The notes: generated by a model from the sequence alone, not told the origin. Shown: positions 1 through 9,073, counted from the first letter of the stretch. The stretch: DNA of 64,000 nucleotides from an uncultured virus (IMG/VR IMGVR_UViG_3300032116_000172) (IMGVR_UViG_3300032116_000172); one strand, 5' to 3'. Made by a program: numbers and translations.

Positions 1-101
1 GTAGTAATAGGCAGTTCACGAGTCTGACCGGCAAATGATTGACCACCAATCAAGTTGATTGGCTGTAGCCCGTAGGGGGCACTTACAGTCGGATAAGCCA
101 T
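1..101 (-). CDS. 5' part of a head-associated structural protein (runs off the window start)
   Basis: Own translation from ATG at 101: MAYPTVSAPYGLQPINLIGGQSFAGQTRELPITT; GGAG RBS upstream; follows the scaffold cluster. Confidence 0.6.
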   Translation of the reverse strand, partial: MAYPTVSAPYGLQPINLIGGQSFAGQTRELPIT

Positions 102-119
102 GTTTAACTCCAAAAAAAT

Positions 120-569
120 TTATGAACCAGAGCCAAAAGTTACCTTGCTCCTCCGCTCAGAGAACAGAGGCATACGAGGATCACTCTCACGCATAAAGTT
201 GTTGTCTACAGAGTTCATTTGGGCATCGGCTTGCGCACGGAAGTGGTCGTTACGATCCTCAACAAACTCTGATGGGGTTTTGCAAAGCATCAGTCCACCA
301 ATCACAATTGCGTCCTTAAAGCGGTCATTTTCCGCGTGGAACACTTGGATTTCTGGATGATCTGAGGCTTTAACAGGTTCCCAGCCTTCTCCAAATTTTG
401 AGGTGACGTTAGTGGCATCCATCTCACCACGTGTACTTACACGTACCCAGTGGAAATCGTAGCCCGGTTCGGGGTTCGGATTAGGCAGAATTCCGGGGCG
501 TTTCCAAGAACGCTCACGTACTCTGTTTTCACGGGTAGTTTGTTCGCGGGGTAATTTGTTTTCAGCCAT
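120..569 (-). CDS. conserved hypothetical protein of the head module
   Basis: 149-aa ORF overlapping the scaffold stop codon; position between scaffold and head genes. Confidence 0.6.
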   Translation of the reverse strand: MAENKLPREQTTRENRVRERSWKRPGILPNPNPEPGYDFHWVRVSTRGEMDATNVTSKFGEGWEPVKASDHPEIQVFHAENDRFKDAIVIGGLMLCKTPSEFVEDRNDHFRAQADAQMNSVDNNFMRESDPRMPLFSERRSKVTFGSGS

Positions 570-1527
570 TTTTCTGTTTCCTCATATCTTCAGCAACCTG
601 TCGGGCGTACAGTTCCAAGGGAACTCCTAATCTCTTTGCAATACTCACCTGCGTAGCCGTTAGCACGATTTTCTTGGGCGCAGTGCTGCGGGTTGCTGGT
701 GCTACCACATTGGACTTACGGCGGGGCTTTTCTTCCTCCTCCGGTGTGTCCTCAGATTCGAAGCTTTCTGGGAACACTTGGCGCATACGAGAATTAATTT
801 TCTCGTAGTATTCATCACTTTTTGGATCAACACCTTGCTTAACTAGCTTTTGATGTAACCCCAAAGCAAAACTTGTCATTTCGTCATCGGTTCCAAACCA
901 CGTGTTAGCTTGCTGCCACGCCTGTGCTTTGCGATCCGCGACCTGAGTTGAAGCAGGTTGTACATCACTGCTGTCATCTTGTAAAGGGGCAAACGTAAAA
1001 TTGTTAACTTTATCTGCCTTTAGCTTGGCAGCAGTTAGCTCTTCTTGCGCCTCCACCACAGCGTTGGAATCGCCAGATTCGTAGGCTTCTTTAAAGCTAC
1101 GCTTCTTAGCCTCCAACTCCGCAGCGGCCTCCCGTTTAGCTTGCTCCAGCAGGACTTCTTGGTTCTTGTTTACCAACTCTTTAAGGCGACGGTTCTCTTC
1201 GGCAATAGCCCTAGCCGCCCTAATAGCCTCTTCTTCCTTACGCAGGGCATCTTCTTTAGCCCGACGCTCGTCGTGGTATCCCTTACTAAAGTGTTGTAGG
1301 CGCTTACGTACCTTCTCAGAATAGTCCTGAAGTTCTTCGTCAGTTACCTCTTCTGGGGGTTCGGCAGGTTTACGGCCACGGTCTTTGGGCGGGGTGTCAT
1401 CGACAACTTCGATGTCGATATTGTCGTCACCCTCGTCGGCTGCCGCCTCAATTTCCACTTTAATAACTTCTTCTTTGCCAGACTCTTGTTTGTCTGGATC
1501 GGGGAATTCAAACTCGGTCTTTTGCAT
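562..1527 (-). CDS. putative capsid scaffolding protein
   Basis: Acidic N-terminus, long coiled coil, short basic helical C-terminus (QVSIAKRLGVPLELYA); downstream of portal. Confidence 0.65.
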   Translation of the reverse strand: MQKTEFEFPDPDKQESGKEEVIKVEIEAAADEGDDNIDIEVVDDTPPKDRGRKPAEPPEEVTDEELQDYSEKVRKRLQHFSKGYHDERRAKEDALRKEEEAIRAARAIAEENRRLKELVNKNQEVLLEQAKREAAAELEAKKRSFKEAYESGDSNAVVEAQEELTAAKLKADKVNNFTFAPLQDDSSDVQPASTQVADRKAQAWQQANTWFGTDDEMTSFALGLHQKLVKQGVDPKSDEYYEKINSRMRQVFPESFESEDTPEEEEKPRRKSNVVAPATRSTAPKKIVLTATQVSIAKRLGVPLELYARQVAEDMRKQKNG

Positions 1528-1537
1528 CTATGGCTCC

Positions 1538-1939
1538 TTATGCACGTGAAATACCACGGGGGTCTTCGACCACACCATCAACGCTGTCTTCGTTGATCAT
1601 GCGGAACTCTTTCCCATGAATCTTTATCCGCGTACCCGTGTGGGGGCGCACGAGGATAAAGTCCCCAGCCTTACACCACGGGCCAGTGGGGTAGCGTTCT
1701 TTGTCGGTATAGCAGTCAGGGCCAAGAGATACGACGAAATACACCGTAGCCAATATTTCCTCGTGTTTCTTGGTTGTGTCTGCTTTGATTAGCCCACTGT
1801 CGTACTTGTCTTCTATCTCTGGCAGAGCGCATAGAATTTTGTATCCAACAGGGGTTGGCAGTTGTTTCGCTTTCTCTTCCGCCGTTTCGGGCAAAATTGA
1901 AGTTTCACCATCCGCAGTAGCAATCGCTAGTTCAGTCAT
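1538..1939 (-). CDS. groES: GroES/Cpn10-like co-chaperonin
   Basis: PVGYKIL...SGLI...VVSLGP...KAGDFILV...GKEFRMINEDSVDGVV matches the GroES pattern; ATG 1939 overlaps the upstream stop. Confidence 0.85.
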   Translation of the reverse strand: MTELAIATADGETSILPETAEEKAKQLPTPVGYKILCALPEIEDKYDSGLIKADTTKKHEEILATVYFVVSLGPDCYTDKERYPTGPWCKAGDFILVRPHTGTRIKIHGKEFRMINEDSVDGVVEDPRGISRA

Positions 1940-2126
1940 CGTCTTCTTCCACATGTTTAGCAAGGTCTAGTACTTCTCTACGTGCGGTCGCTAGACCACG
2001 AATCACGCCGCACAATTCTTTGTATTTAGCAAAGTCTTCGCAAGAGCCATCCAATAGATGCCCCTGATACATTTCTATCTGTTCATCAATCTTTTCTTTA
2101 AGCACGTCAAAGACGGTTTTAGCCAT
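1932..2126 (-). CDS. small conserved hypothetical protein
   Basis: 64-aa helical ORF coupled to portal and GroES. Confidence 0.6.
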   Translation of the reverse strand: MAKTVFDVLKEKIDEQIEMYQGHLLDGSCEDFAKYKELCGVIRGLATARREVLDLAKHVEEDDD

Positions 2127-4567
2127 TAGTCTTCCTTAGATTTTTTCTTAGCTGGCTCCGCCTGTTGTTTAGGGGGAGTAGCTAGAGTTTTCAGCGCGTC
2201 TATTTTGAGACGGTTGTTGTTTTGCTTCTCTTGGGACTGCAAGCGCATACCTTCTTTCTGCGCCTCAACGCCTATACGCTTGTCTTCCAACGCAAGCTTC
2301 GCTGCTGCGATCTTCATATCTGCCTGATCTTTAGCAGCTTTACGCTGTACTTCGGCTTGTTGCGTCTGCAACTTGGCTTGCTCAAGCTGGAACAGCGGGT
2401 CTTGTGCTTGCTGCTGCGCCTGCTGTTGAGCGGCTTCTTGCTGGTGTTGCTGGGTAAGTTGCTGTCCTGCTTGTGCAACCAGACGCGACAACTGGACTTC
2501 GATTTCTTCTGGCAACTCCTCGTCGGGAGCGGGTAGTGGGGCACCAAGCTGTTCCTCAATCTTCTTGCGGTAGCTAAATGCCAAGTGCTCCGCAATGTGC
2601 GCTTGCAGTGCTGCCATAATCTGCTGCGCTTGCGGGTTTTGACCAATCATTTGGGCAATCGCTGGGTCTTGCATCATAGCCATGTGCGCGGTTATATGCG
2701 CCTCATGATCTTGGTAGATAAACGCCTTCATCGGTTTACCAACCAATGCAGACATGTTCTCGCTGATCGGATCACGCGGTTTCTGATCTTCCGCAGTCGG
2801 TATGATCTTGTCGATGTTCTTCAGCCCTAGAACCTCCAGCATCTCCTTGTGTAGATACGGCAAGTCATAAATCTGAGGGGCAGACTGTGCCATCTGGAAC
2901 GCAGCTTGGTATGTGACGATACGCTGCGCCATCGTGCTGGCGTTAGGATCAGAGACAGGGATGATGTCCACCATGTCATAGTCAGCTTGCTTGACCATGC
3001 GGGACTCATCTACATCAGGCGTGTACTCGTACTCTGTCGGGGTGTAGTCACGGATGATAGCTTTGAGGAGCTTGAACTCCATCTTCATCGCAAAGTGCAC
3101 ACGTGACTGAACGGCTGCCATTGGCTTTAACGTACGCTCCAAAAGAGCCAACGTTGTGCCTACTGGGGCTTGCGCCGACATGTCGCTAATGTTCATGTCG
3201 CTAATTGCACCCAGCCTACGGCCTTCTTCGGTGATTTTTTCTAGCAGCGCCGCCAGAACCTGTGACGGTTCTTTGTACGGCATCAACATGATGTTGTCTT
3301 TGATAGTACCGCTAGGCAGGTCAACATCCTTGAACTCACCCGGGCCTACAGGGGTATCGTCACCCTTGATCCGCAGCCCCCGGGCTTTCAGTCCTCCCGG
3401 AAGATTAGATAGAGTTCCTGCATCCACAAGTTGTCGGATAATGCTTGTTCCAGCGCGAGCATACCCGCCAATAATGTGAATAAGTCCAAGGCCATAGAAA
3501 CCAAAACCGGGGATATATACATAGTGTACGAAGTGGTTGCGCTTAAGACGTAGCTCATCATCTTCCTCCCAGTTACGGCGGATAGCCAAAACCTCTTGAG
3601 TCCCGCGCTCGATAGTTACAACGTATGGGACGGCAATATCATCGTCCCCTTCTTCTGCACCCTCGATAATCAGGTCTGCATGAATCTCATACAACGTATA
3701 GCGGTCGTCATCCGTGATAGTGTAGCCACCCTCTTCCGCTTTCTTCTTCTCGATGTCGGTAGGGAATGACTCCGGCTCGCCCAAGTCCACGTCACGATAA
3801 AAGCCTGAAAGCTGTAGCTTCTTTAGCTCGTTCTTGGTCTTGCGCATAACGTGGGTAACACGCTCTGCGAACTCAATATGTGACGCGCCATACGGCACGA
3901 TCACGTCTTCAGCGGATATATAAATAGAGACTTGACGCCCGATGTTGGGGTCAAAGTAGACCTTCTTAAACGCAGACCCCGCCAGACCTAGGGAATACAA
4001 CATGCGCTCGTGCTCTGAGCGGTACTCCACCATCTGTTCCGTCAGCTTGTAGTTCATGTCATTCTGAACTCGCTTGGCGGCGTCTTCCTTGATCTTGTCT
4101 ATCGCCCCGACAATTTTTGTCTTGACAGGGCCACCAGCGGGAAATGTCTCCGACATTGTTTCCGCTTGGAAGCGGATCGCTGCTTCAGCTAGGACTGTAG
4201 AGTACACACCGCAAGCATCTTCCCACGGCTCGGTGCGCTCTTCGTACTTGAAACCCAGTACCTCCAGACCCTTAACGTAGGTGTCCGCCCAATCTTTACG
4301 TGCGGAAATGTCGGCGTCTACATACTCTATAAGCTCGCCAGCAAGCTGGTTTAGGACGCCTTCGTCTAGCGTTTCTGCCAGATTCTCGTCAAACTCGCCC
4401 TTACTTTTCGACTTCTCTTCCTTCTCCAGTACTACCTCAACTGTACCGTCGTCATTAAATACGAGGTCAGGAGGAGCGCCTTCGTCCAGAATATCGATCT
4501 CGATCTCGTCCTGCACCACGCCTTGCGGGGCTGTATATATAGACTTGCTTATGCTGTTAGACGCCAT
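2126..4567 (-). CDS. portal protein (P22-like, long Q-rich C-terminal coiled coil)
   Basis: 813 aa directly after terL; GSAFKKVYFD and GFGFYGLGLIH segments; C-terminal coiled-coil barrel. Confidence 0.85.
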   Translation of the reverse strand: MASNSISKSIYTAPQGVVQDEIEIDILDEGAPPDLVFNDDGTVEVVLEKEEKSKSKGEFDENLAETLDEGVLNQLAGELIEYVDADISARKDWADTYVKGLEVLGFKYEERTEPWEDACGVYSTVLAEAAIRFQAETMSETFPAGGPVKTKIVGAIDKIKEDAAKRVQNDMNYKLTEQMVEYRSEHERMLYSLGLAGSAFKKVYFDPNIGRQVSIYISAEDVIVPYGASHIEFAERVTHVMRKTKNELKKLQLSGFYRDVDLGEPESFPTDIEKKKAEEGGYTITDDDRYTLYEIHADLIIEGAEEGDDDIAVPYVVTIERGTQEVLAIRRNWEEDDELRLKRNHFVHYVYIPGFGFYGLGLIHIIGGYARAGTSIIRQLVDAGTLSNLPGGLKARGLRIKGDDTPVGPGEFKDVDLPSGTIKDNIMLMPYKEPSQVLAALLEKITEEGRRLGAISDMNISDMSAQAPVGTTLALLERTLKPMAAVQSRVHFAMKMEFKLLKAIIRDYTPTEYEYTPDVDESRMVKQADYDMVDIIPVSDPNASTMAQRIVTYQAAFQMAQSAPQIYDLPYLHKEMLEVLGLKNIDKIIPTAEDQKPRDPISENMSALVGKPMKAFIYQDHEAHITAHMAMMQDPAIAQMIGQNPQAQQIMAALQAHIAEHLAFSYRKKIEEQLGAPLPAPDEELPEEIEVQLSRLVAQAGQQLTQQHQQEAAQQQAQQQAQDPLFQLEQAKLQTQQAEVQRKAAKDQADMKIAAAKLALEDKRIGVEAQKEGMRLQSQEKQNNNRLKIDALKTLATPPKQQAEPAKKKSKED

Positions 4568-4576
4568 ACCGGCTCC

Positions 4577-6121
4577 TTAATAATATCCACCGCGCTTGCG
4601 GCTTTTGAAATATTTAATTTCATCAGGTTCGTCGGAAGGCAAGCGGATAAACCCGCCGTTTCTAAATCTCATCAAGGCCATGACAGTGGAGTCAACCAAG
4701 TCATCGTTAGATACAAACGGGAACCCGGCGATCTCCTCAACTACCTCTTCTGCCCAGCGCGTCTCGGGAACCCAACACAATCCCGATCTCACAATGTCTG
4801 CAACGGAGTTCAGACGTGCCATCTTGTCGCCTGTACCTCGGTGCGGGGTATACTCTTGCACCGGAATTCCCATCCTGCGCAACTCTTGGTATAGCTGCGT
4901 ACCGGCACTTTTCTTCTCTACAATAAACGAGTCCGGCTCCCACTCTTTCCACTCCTCCAACGCCAAAGTCTTCAGTTCAGGGAACTCCAACCGTTTCTTT
5001 ATGCTGTTAAGAAGAATGAGGTGGTAGGCGTTCAACTCCTCGTTTAAGAACACACCCCAAGTTGTTAGTGCTGTAAAGTCCGCCCGGTTGTGCGACTCAG
5101 CCGCAGCATCCAATGACATAATAATATATTCGCAGGAGGGTGGGCTATCCTTTTCCCATATCTGCCACCACTCCCTTTTTACTAACGCCGCTTCCTCGGC
5201 GGTAGGGTTCTGCTGGTACTGCGCGTTCCACTGGAACACCGGCATAGACGCCTTTGTTCGCAGCAGAGCGGGGATGTCAAAGAACTCAGGCCATAATGCC
5301 TTTTCGGTAATTTTTGACGTCTCTTTGTCTTTAATCTCTAGGATTGCCGGGAACTCGACCACGTTGTACTGGTCAGCGTTCTCGTTGTGCATGTCCTTTA
5401 ATACCCGTCCCGTGAGATCATCGAGGTGCCATCGGGTTTGTATAATCGCCACCCGTCCTCCGGGCATGAGACGAGTTCGAGCGCCGTAGGTAAACCACTC
5501 GTACGCCTTATCAAAGACGTCAAAGTTTCCATTGATAATGTCTTGCTCGTTATGTGGGTCATCGACGAGTAGTAAATCCGCGCCTCGGCCAGCAAGTGCC
5601 GACCCAACGCCGCAAGCAAAATATTCTCCGCCCGCGTTAGTGTTCCACCGTCCCGCACTTTTTGAATCAGCCGCAAGGTAGACGGTTGGGAAAATCTTTC
5701 TATACGAGTCAGAGTCAATTAAGTTCCTCACTTTCCGACCGAAATCCACCGCCAAATCGGTCGTATGGGACACCATAAGTACCTTTTTATTCGGGTATCT
5801 GCCAATAAACCAAGCGGGAAAATAGATAGAAACAAGCTGAGATTTGCCGTGGCGAGGGGGCATATTGACGCAAATACGGTCTTTTTTACCCTCTGCGATG
5901 TCCATTAACAGGTTCGCCAGTATCCTGTGGTGCTTACCGACCTTGTAATCGGGCTGCATAGCGCGACAAAACTCAATTAAGTCGTTCCTAGCAGCCTCAG
6001 AACGCTTCCTTTCAGCCAAAACTTCCGCAATTTCGAGTATTTCCTGCTGTTCAGCCGCGTCAAAGTCGTCGATATTCTGCAAAAGCAGGTCAATATCAGC
6101 GTCATCTAGCTCGATACTCAC
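4577..6121 (-). CDS. terL: terminase large subunit
   Basis: Walker A NMPPRHGKS, Walker B LLVDD, coupling IIQTRWH, RNase H-like nuclease (SLD, ADFTA, DDLVDS). Confidence 0.95.
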   Translation of the reverse strand: MSIELDDADIDLLLQNIDDFDAAEQQEILEIAEVLAERKRSEAARNDLIEFCRAMQPDYKVGKHHRILANLLMDIAEGKKDRICVNMPPRHGKSQLVSIYFPAWFIGRYPNKKVLMVSHTTDLAVDFGRKVRNLIDSDSYRKIFPTVYLAADSKSAGRWNTNAGGEYFACGVGSALAGRGADLLLVDDPHNEQDIINGNFDVFDKAYEWFTYGARTRLMPGGRVAIIQTRWHLDDLTGRVLKDMHNENADQYNVVEFPAILEIKDKETSKITEKALWPEFFDIPALLRTKASMPVFQWNAQYQQNPTAEEAALVKREWWQIWEKDSPPSCEYIIMSLDAAAESHNRADFTALTTWGVFLNEELNAYHLILLNSIKKRLEFPELKTLALEEWKEWEPDSFIVEKKSAGTQLYQELRRMGIPVQEYTPHRGTGDKMARLNSVADIVRSGLCWVPETRWAEEVVEEIAGFPFVSNDDLVDSTVMALMRFRNGGFIRLPSDEPDEIKYFKSRKRGGYY

Positions 6122-6717
6122 TGTTGTGCCTCATCTTGGACTGTTTTTACGCCCAATTCGCGCATTTCTACGTCAGTAATCTCAATTTCATTGGCTTTTT
6201 TACGTAGTAAGGCGAGTTTTTCTTGCAGATTGGACTTCAGATCGTCTGTAGAACGGTGTGTAACCGTCACTTCCGAGCGGTCTGTAAACAGACCTACGTC
6301 GGAAATCTTGCCCAGTAGTTCCAACGCTTTGATCCGAACTCGCGGATCAGGGTTGCTTGTCTCTAGTATGAGTTTGTTCGTTACTAGGTGCCGGATTTGA
6401 GTAGCTTGCTTAACTACTGCGTGGCTAAAGTCTTTTAGAGTCTCATGTACTCCTACCAAAACCGCAGGGGGTAGGTTAGAGAACTTGGCTGTAGTTAAGA
6501 TTTCGTTGGTTTTAGCTTCGTCTTCTGCAAACGAGTTAACGATTGTAGCTATTCGTGCCCTGTCTGCGGCGTCCGGTTCCAGTACTTCTTCAGGCAAGCC
6601 ATGTTCTTTTAAGACTTCTATCGTGGCACATGCAGCAGCCGCCCTCTCGCGTAGTTCCGCGTAAGGCAGTGGTGTGAACGGCATTTCAACGCCGATGTCG
6701 GGGGTACAAGTGATCAT
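6118..6717 (-). CDS. putative terminase small subunit
   Basis: Overlaps the terL start; RIKALELLGK...GLFTDRSEVTV segment typical of small terminases. Confidence 0.65.
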   Translation of the reverse strand: MITCTPDIGVEMPFTPLPYAELRERAAAACATIEVLKEHGLPEEVLEPDAADRARIATIVNSFAEDEAKTNEILTTAKFSNLPPAVLVGVHETLKDFSHAVVKQATQIRHLVTNKLILETSNPDPRVRIKALELLGKISDVGLFTDRSEVTVTHRSTDDLKSNLQEKLALLRKKANEIEITDVEMRELGVKTVQDEAQQ

Positions 6718-6967
6718 GTCGCAAACACAACGGGTTGTGTTGAAGGCCCGAATTTAACATAAAAAATAAAATTTGCAACGGGGGTACTAAAAAAGACAAG
6801 GGGGGTGTTTTTATATTTGGGTTTGCTATGTTGCTATTTTGAATACAAAAAGTTAGGGGGTGTAGTTGTTCGTGCGGAATAGTAACCCCGTAACCCCGCT
6901 GGAGTCCCACCACCGTTCGGGGGGGTCGGGGTATGGTGGGTTCGGCTGCATCCCCAAAACAAAACAA

Positions 6968-6987
6968 TGTTATACCATCGTATAACA
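6968..6987. promoter_or_regulatory. palindrome copy 1, TGTTATAC-CATC-GTATAACA (putative operator)
   Basis: Perfect 8-bp inverted arms; 7 copies in the early region. Confidence 0.8.
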
Positions 6988-7011
6988 AAACATGTTAAAG
7001 CATATCTACCC

Positions 7012-7040
7012 TTGACATCCTATACGATATGATGCACAAT
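7012..7040 (+). promoter_or_regulatory. sigma70-like promoter TTGACA-17-CACAAT
   Basis: Consensus -35, 17-bp spacer, 4/6 match to -10; precedes the first rightward gene. Confidence 0.55.
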
Positions 7041-7098
7041 GCAGTCATCGGTTAACGAGTTATTCGATTCGTTCCGATACACTTTATGGGGTGATACC

Positions 7099-7611
7099 AT
7101 GACTCAAGTAATTCTCTCAGCCGCTACTCAAGAGCACATTGGCAAAGCAATTCTTGCGGATGCTACAGCAAAGAATCGCTGGGTAAAAGCAGTAGACATG
7201 TTAGTAAGTGACGGCGTTAAAGCGGTTATGCTCAAGGCAACAAAGACTGGCGAGAACGATAAGCTTCGTGCTCAAGTGAAAGCGATTATTGTCAGTACTT
7301 TCGGCAAAGCAGCTCAGGCGCTGTTAGCTAAAGAAACTAAGACTCTGAGCGATTCAGCAAAAGCAGAGAAACGCCGTTTGATTCAAGAGACTGGACGTTA
7401 CTTATCATTGATCGAGGGCAAGCTTGCTGCACGTGAAGCTGAAGAGGCTGGCGACAAAGAAGCTGGCGAGGCAAAAACTGAATTACAAAAAATTCAGGCA
7501 AAGCTAGATGAAGTTATCAGCAAGTTAACGAAGCTTGAAGATGCGCGATTCGATGTCGTGCAAACAATCAAGAACGTGAAAGCGCTGAAAGGTTCAATGC
7601 CCGCTGCTTAA
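7099..7611 (+). CDS. hypothetical early protein (K/A-rich, helical)
   Basis: GGGGTGA RBS before ATG 7099; own promoter and terminator. Confidence 0.75.
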   Translation: MTQVILSAATQEHIGKAILADATAKNRWVKAVDMLVSDGVKAVMLKATKTGENDKLRAQVKAIIVSTFGKAAQALLAKETKTLSDSAKAEKRRLIQETGRYLSLIEGKLAAREAEEAGDKEAGEAKTELQKIQAKLDEVISKLTKLEDARFDVVQTIKNVKALKGSMPAA

Positions 7612-7617
7612 CAAACT

Positions 7618-7644
7618 AAACCCCGCTTCGGCGGGGTTTTTTTT
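7618..7644 (+). terminator. intrinsic terminator
   Basis: AAACCCCGC-TTCG-GCGGGGTTT followed by a T run. Confidence 0.9.
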
Positions 7645-7671
7645 CGCCCAAAATTTTGTACGTTTGGGCTT

Positions 7672-7754
7672 GATGCCAGTGACTTAAGCAGCGCGGAGTG
7701 CATCGAGGTATCACGAAGCCATATATCAGCGCGATGCCAGTGACTAAAGCAGCG
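7672..7754 (+). repeat. two 22-nt direct repeats GATGCCAGTGACTWAAGCAGCG
   Basis: Copies at 7672-7693 and 7733-7754, one mismatch. Confidence 0.85.
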
Positions 7755-7778
7755 ATGCGCACGGTGCATTATGTTGCA

Positions 7779-7798
7779 TGTTATACCGCCGTATAACA
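7779..7798. promoter_or_regulatory. palindrome copy 2, TGTTATAC-CGCC-GTATAACA
   Basis: Perfect inverted arms. Confidence 0.8.
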
Positions 7799-7807
7799 AT
7801 GTTGTTT

Positions 7808-8225
7808 GTTCGTAAAGTTCTTAAAAGTTCGTTTTTTCGAAAAAAAAACCGAACATTATCAAATCGCTGTAATGCGTTGTATCTGGCGTTATCCATTGGT
7901 ATCCAGCACTGTTTCTTACATATCAAAACGTATCAGATCTTCACAAAAATCATAATGTTCGAAAGTTCGGTTTTATTTCAATGGGTTTGGACAAAATCTA
8001 AAATTCCCTGTTTTTTCCCTGCGTCTCGCGGATTTCACCCAAATTTTGCCCTTTTATCTCGCCAACCCCAAAAACCGACCGAACTTTTAGAACTTTACGA
8101 ACTTACCTTAAAATTCAAGCACTTACTCAAATTTTAAAAACCGAACACTTCAGAACATTAAGAACTTTACACACGTGCCCAACACGTTGAAATTTTAAAT
8201 CTAAAACCGAACTTAACGAACATTA
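7808..8225. repeat. AT-rich non-coding array of GAAC(A/T)TT / GTTC units in both orientations (candidate origin or packaging region)
   Basis: Clusters at 7808-7831, 7953-7974, 8080-8102, 8137-8170 and 8203-8225; IHF-like site at 8113-8125. Confidence 0.6.
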
Positions 8226-8252
8226 TACTTTCCTACCATACTTTGCTAAACA

Positions 8253-8281
8253 TTGACAAATCACGCATCCTGTGGTAAACT
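8253..8281 (+). promoter_or_regulatory. sigma70 promoter TTGACA-17-TAAACT with extended -10
   Basis: Consensus -35, TG-N-TAAACT. Confidence 0.8.
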
Positions 8282-8320
8282 GTAATCTGTTGGCTGGGAA
8301 AAGTAACAACCCGACAACAT

Positions 8321-8340
8321 TGTTATACAGTGGTATAACA
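8321..8340. promoter_or_regulatory. palindrome copy 3, TGTTATAC-AGTG-GTATAACA
   Basis: Perfect inverted arms, between promoter and RBS. Confidence 0.8.
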
Positions 8341-8366
8341 AAATCACATAACCAACGAGGTGCATC

Positions 8367-8591
8367 ATGTCAACTAACAAACCGCGAGGTCATACCGTTC
8401 GACACCAACGACGCGTTATATCCTCAGCCCAAAAGTCCGACCCACGTGCAGCGCGATACACAGACAACTTCAACGAAGCCATGAACCGCTGGCTTGCCGA
8501 GTCAGTACTACATGAGTACGACGAGGGCGATGAAAAAGCTAGACAAGATTGGCGGTATAAGTTGTTAACAGAAGAAAAGATAAAGAGGTGA
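8367..8591 (+). CDS. hypothetical protein
   Basis: GAGGTG RBS; 74 aa. Confidence 0.65.
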   Translation: MSTNKPRGHTVRHQRRVISSAQKSDPRAARYTDNFNEAMNRWLAESVLHEYDEGDEKARQDWRYKLLTEEKIKR

Positions 8592-8594
8592 GTT

Positions 8595-8816
8595 ATGGCA
8601 CACAAATTTTTATGTACTGAATGTCTTTTTGCGCGTGTACCAGCAGCCAGAGCGCGTCGCTGTATCGACGAGAAGGTACGCATCACATGCGCCGAATGCG
8701 GAGAAATGCTGGCAAGGAAAGTAAAACGGTGTGTGGTGAACATGAACAAAGTGGCTTACATGATGGTCACTGACTTAGAAACTTTGAAACAACTTAACCC
8801 AAAGAGGACGACATGA
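8595..8816 (+). CDS. C4 zinc-finger protein (TraR/DksA-like cysteine spacing)
   Basis: CTEC...VPAAR...CAECGE; GAGGTG RBS. Confidence 0.55.
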   Translation: MAHKFLCTECLFARVPAARARRCIDEKVRITCAECGEMLARKVKRCVVNMNKVAYMMVTDLETLKQLNPKRTT

Positions 8817-8965
8817 ACAATAGCATCTGGATAATATTAACAACAATCCTATCCTGCGTTATGGTCGGATGGGCACTCGATACCGATGGGCGATACCTGC
8901 AACAGGCGACGCTAGTAATCGCGGGTTTGTTGGTCGGTATGCTTTTGGGTGAGGGTGAGAAATGA
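8813..8965 (+). CDS. small two-helix membrane protein (50 aa)
   Basis: Own translation MNNSIWIILTTILSCVMVGWALDTDGRYLQQATLVIAGLLVGMLLGEGEK; GAGGA RBS; ATGA overlap. Confidence 0.6.
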   Translation: MNNSIWIILTTILSCVMVGWALDTDGRYLQQATLVIAGLLVGMLLGEGEK

Positions 8966-9044
8966 ACTGGAAAAACTTTGAGCGTGGAACTATCTGCGTA
9001 ATCCGTTTGTTTAACGGTAAGCCAGAGGCGGAACTGTCAAATGC

Positions 9045-9073
9045 TTGACTTTGATAGCAAATAGTGTTATAAT
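9045..9073 (+). promoter_or_regulatory. strong sigma70 promoter TTGACT-17-TATAAT with extended -10
   Basis: Near-perfect consensus. Confidence 0.85.

Noticed and set aside
6686..6988. 100-aa minus-strand ORF
   Set aside because: Starts within a palindrome and crosses G-run regulatory DNA; no RBS
7672..7754. CRISPR array
   Set aside because: Only two 22-nt repeats, not palindromic, and no cas operon in the window
7778..8137. 119-aa ORF from the track
   Set aside because: Overlies the repeat array, starts inside a palindrome, has no RBS and has F/K/L-biased composition; probably spurious
7808..8225. LexA boxes (alphaproteobacterial GTTC-N7-GTTC or Firmicute GAAC-N4-GTTC)
   Set aside because: The observed direct spacings are N4-N6, and the inverted N4 form was not seen
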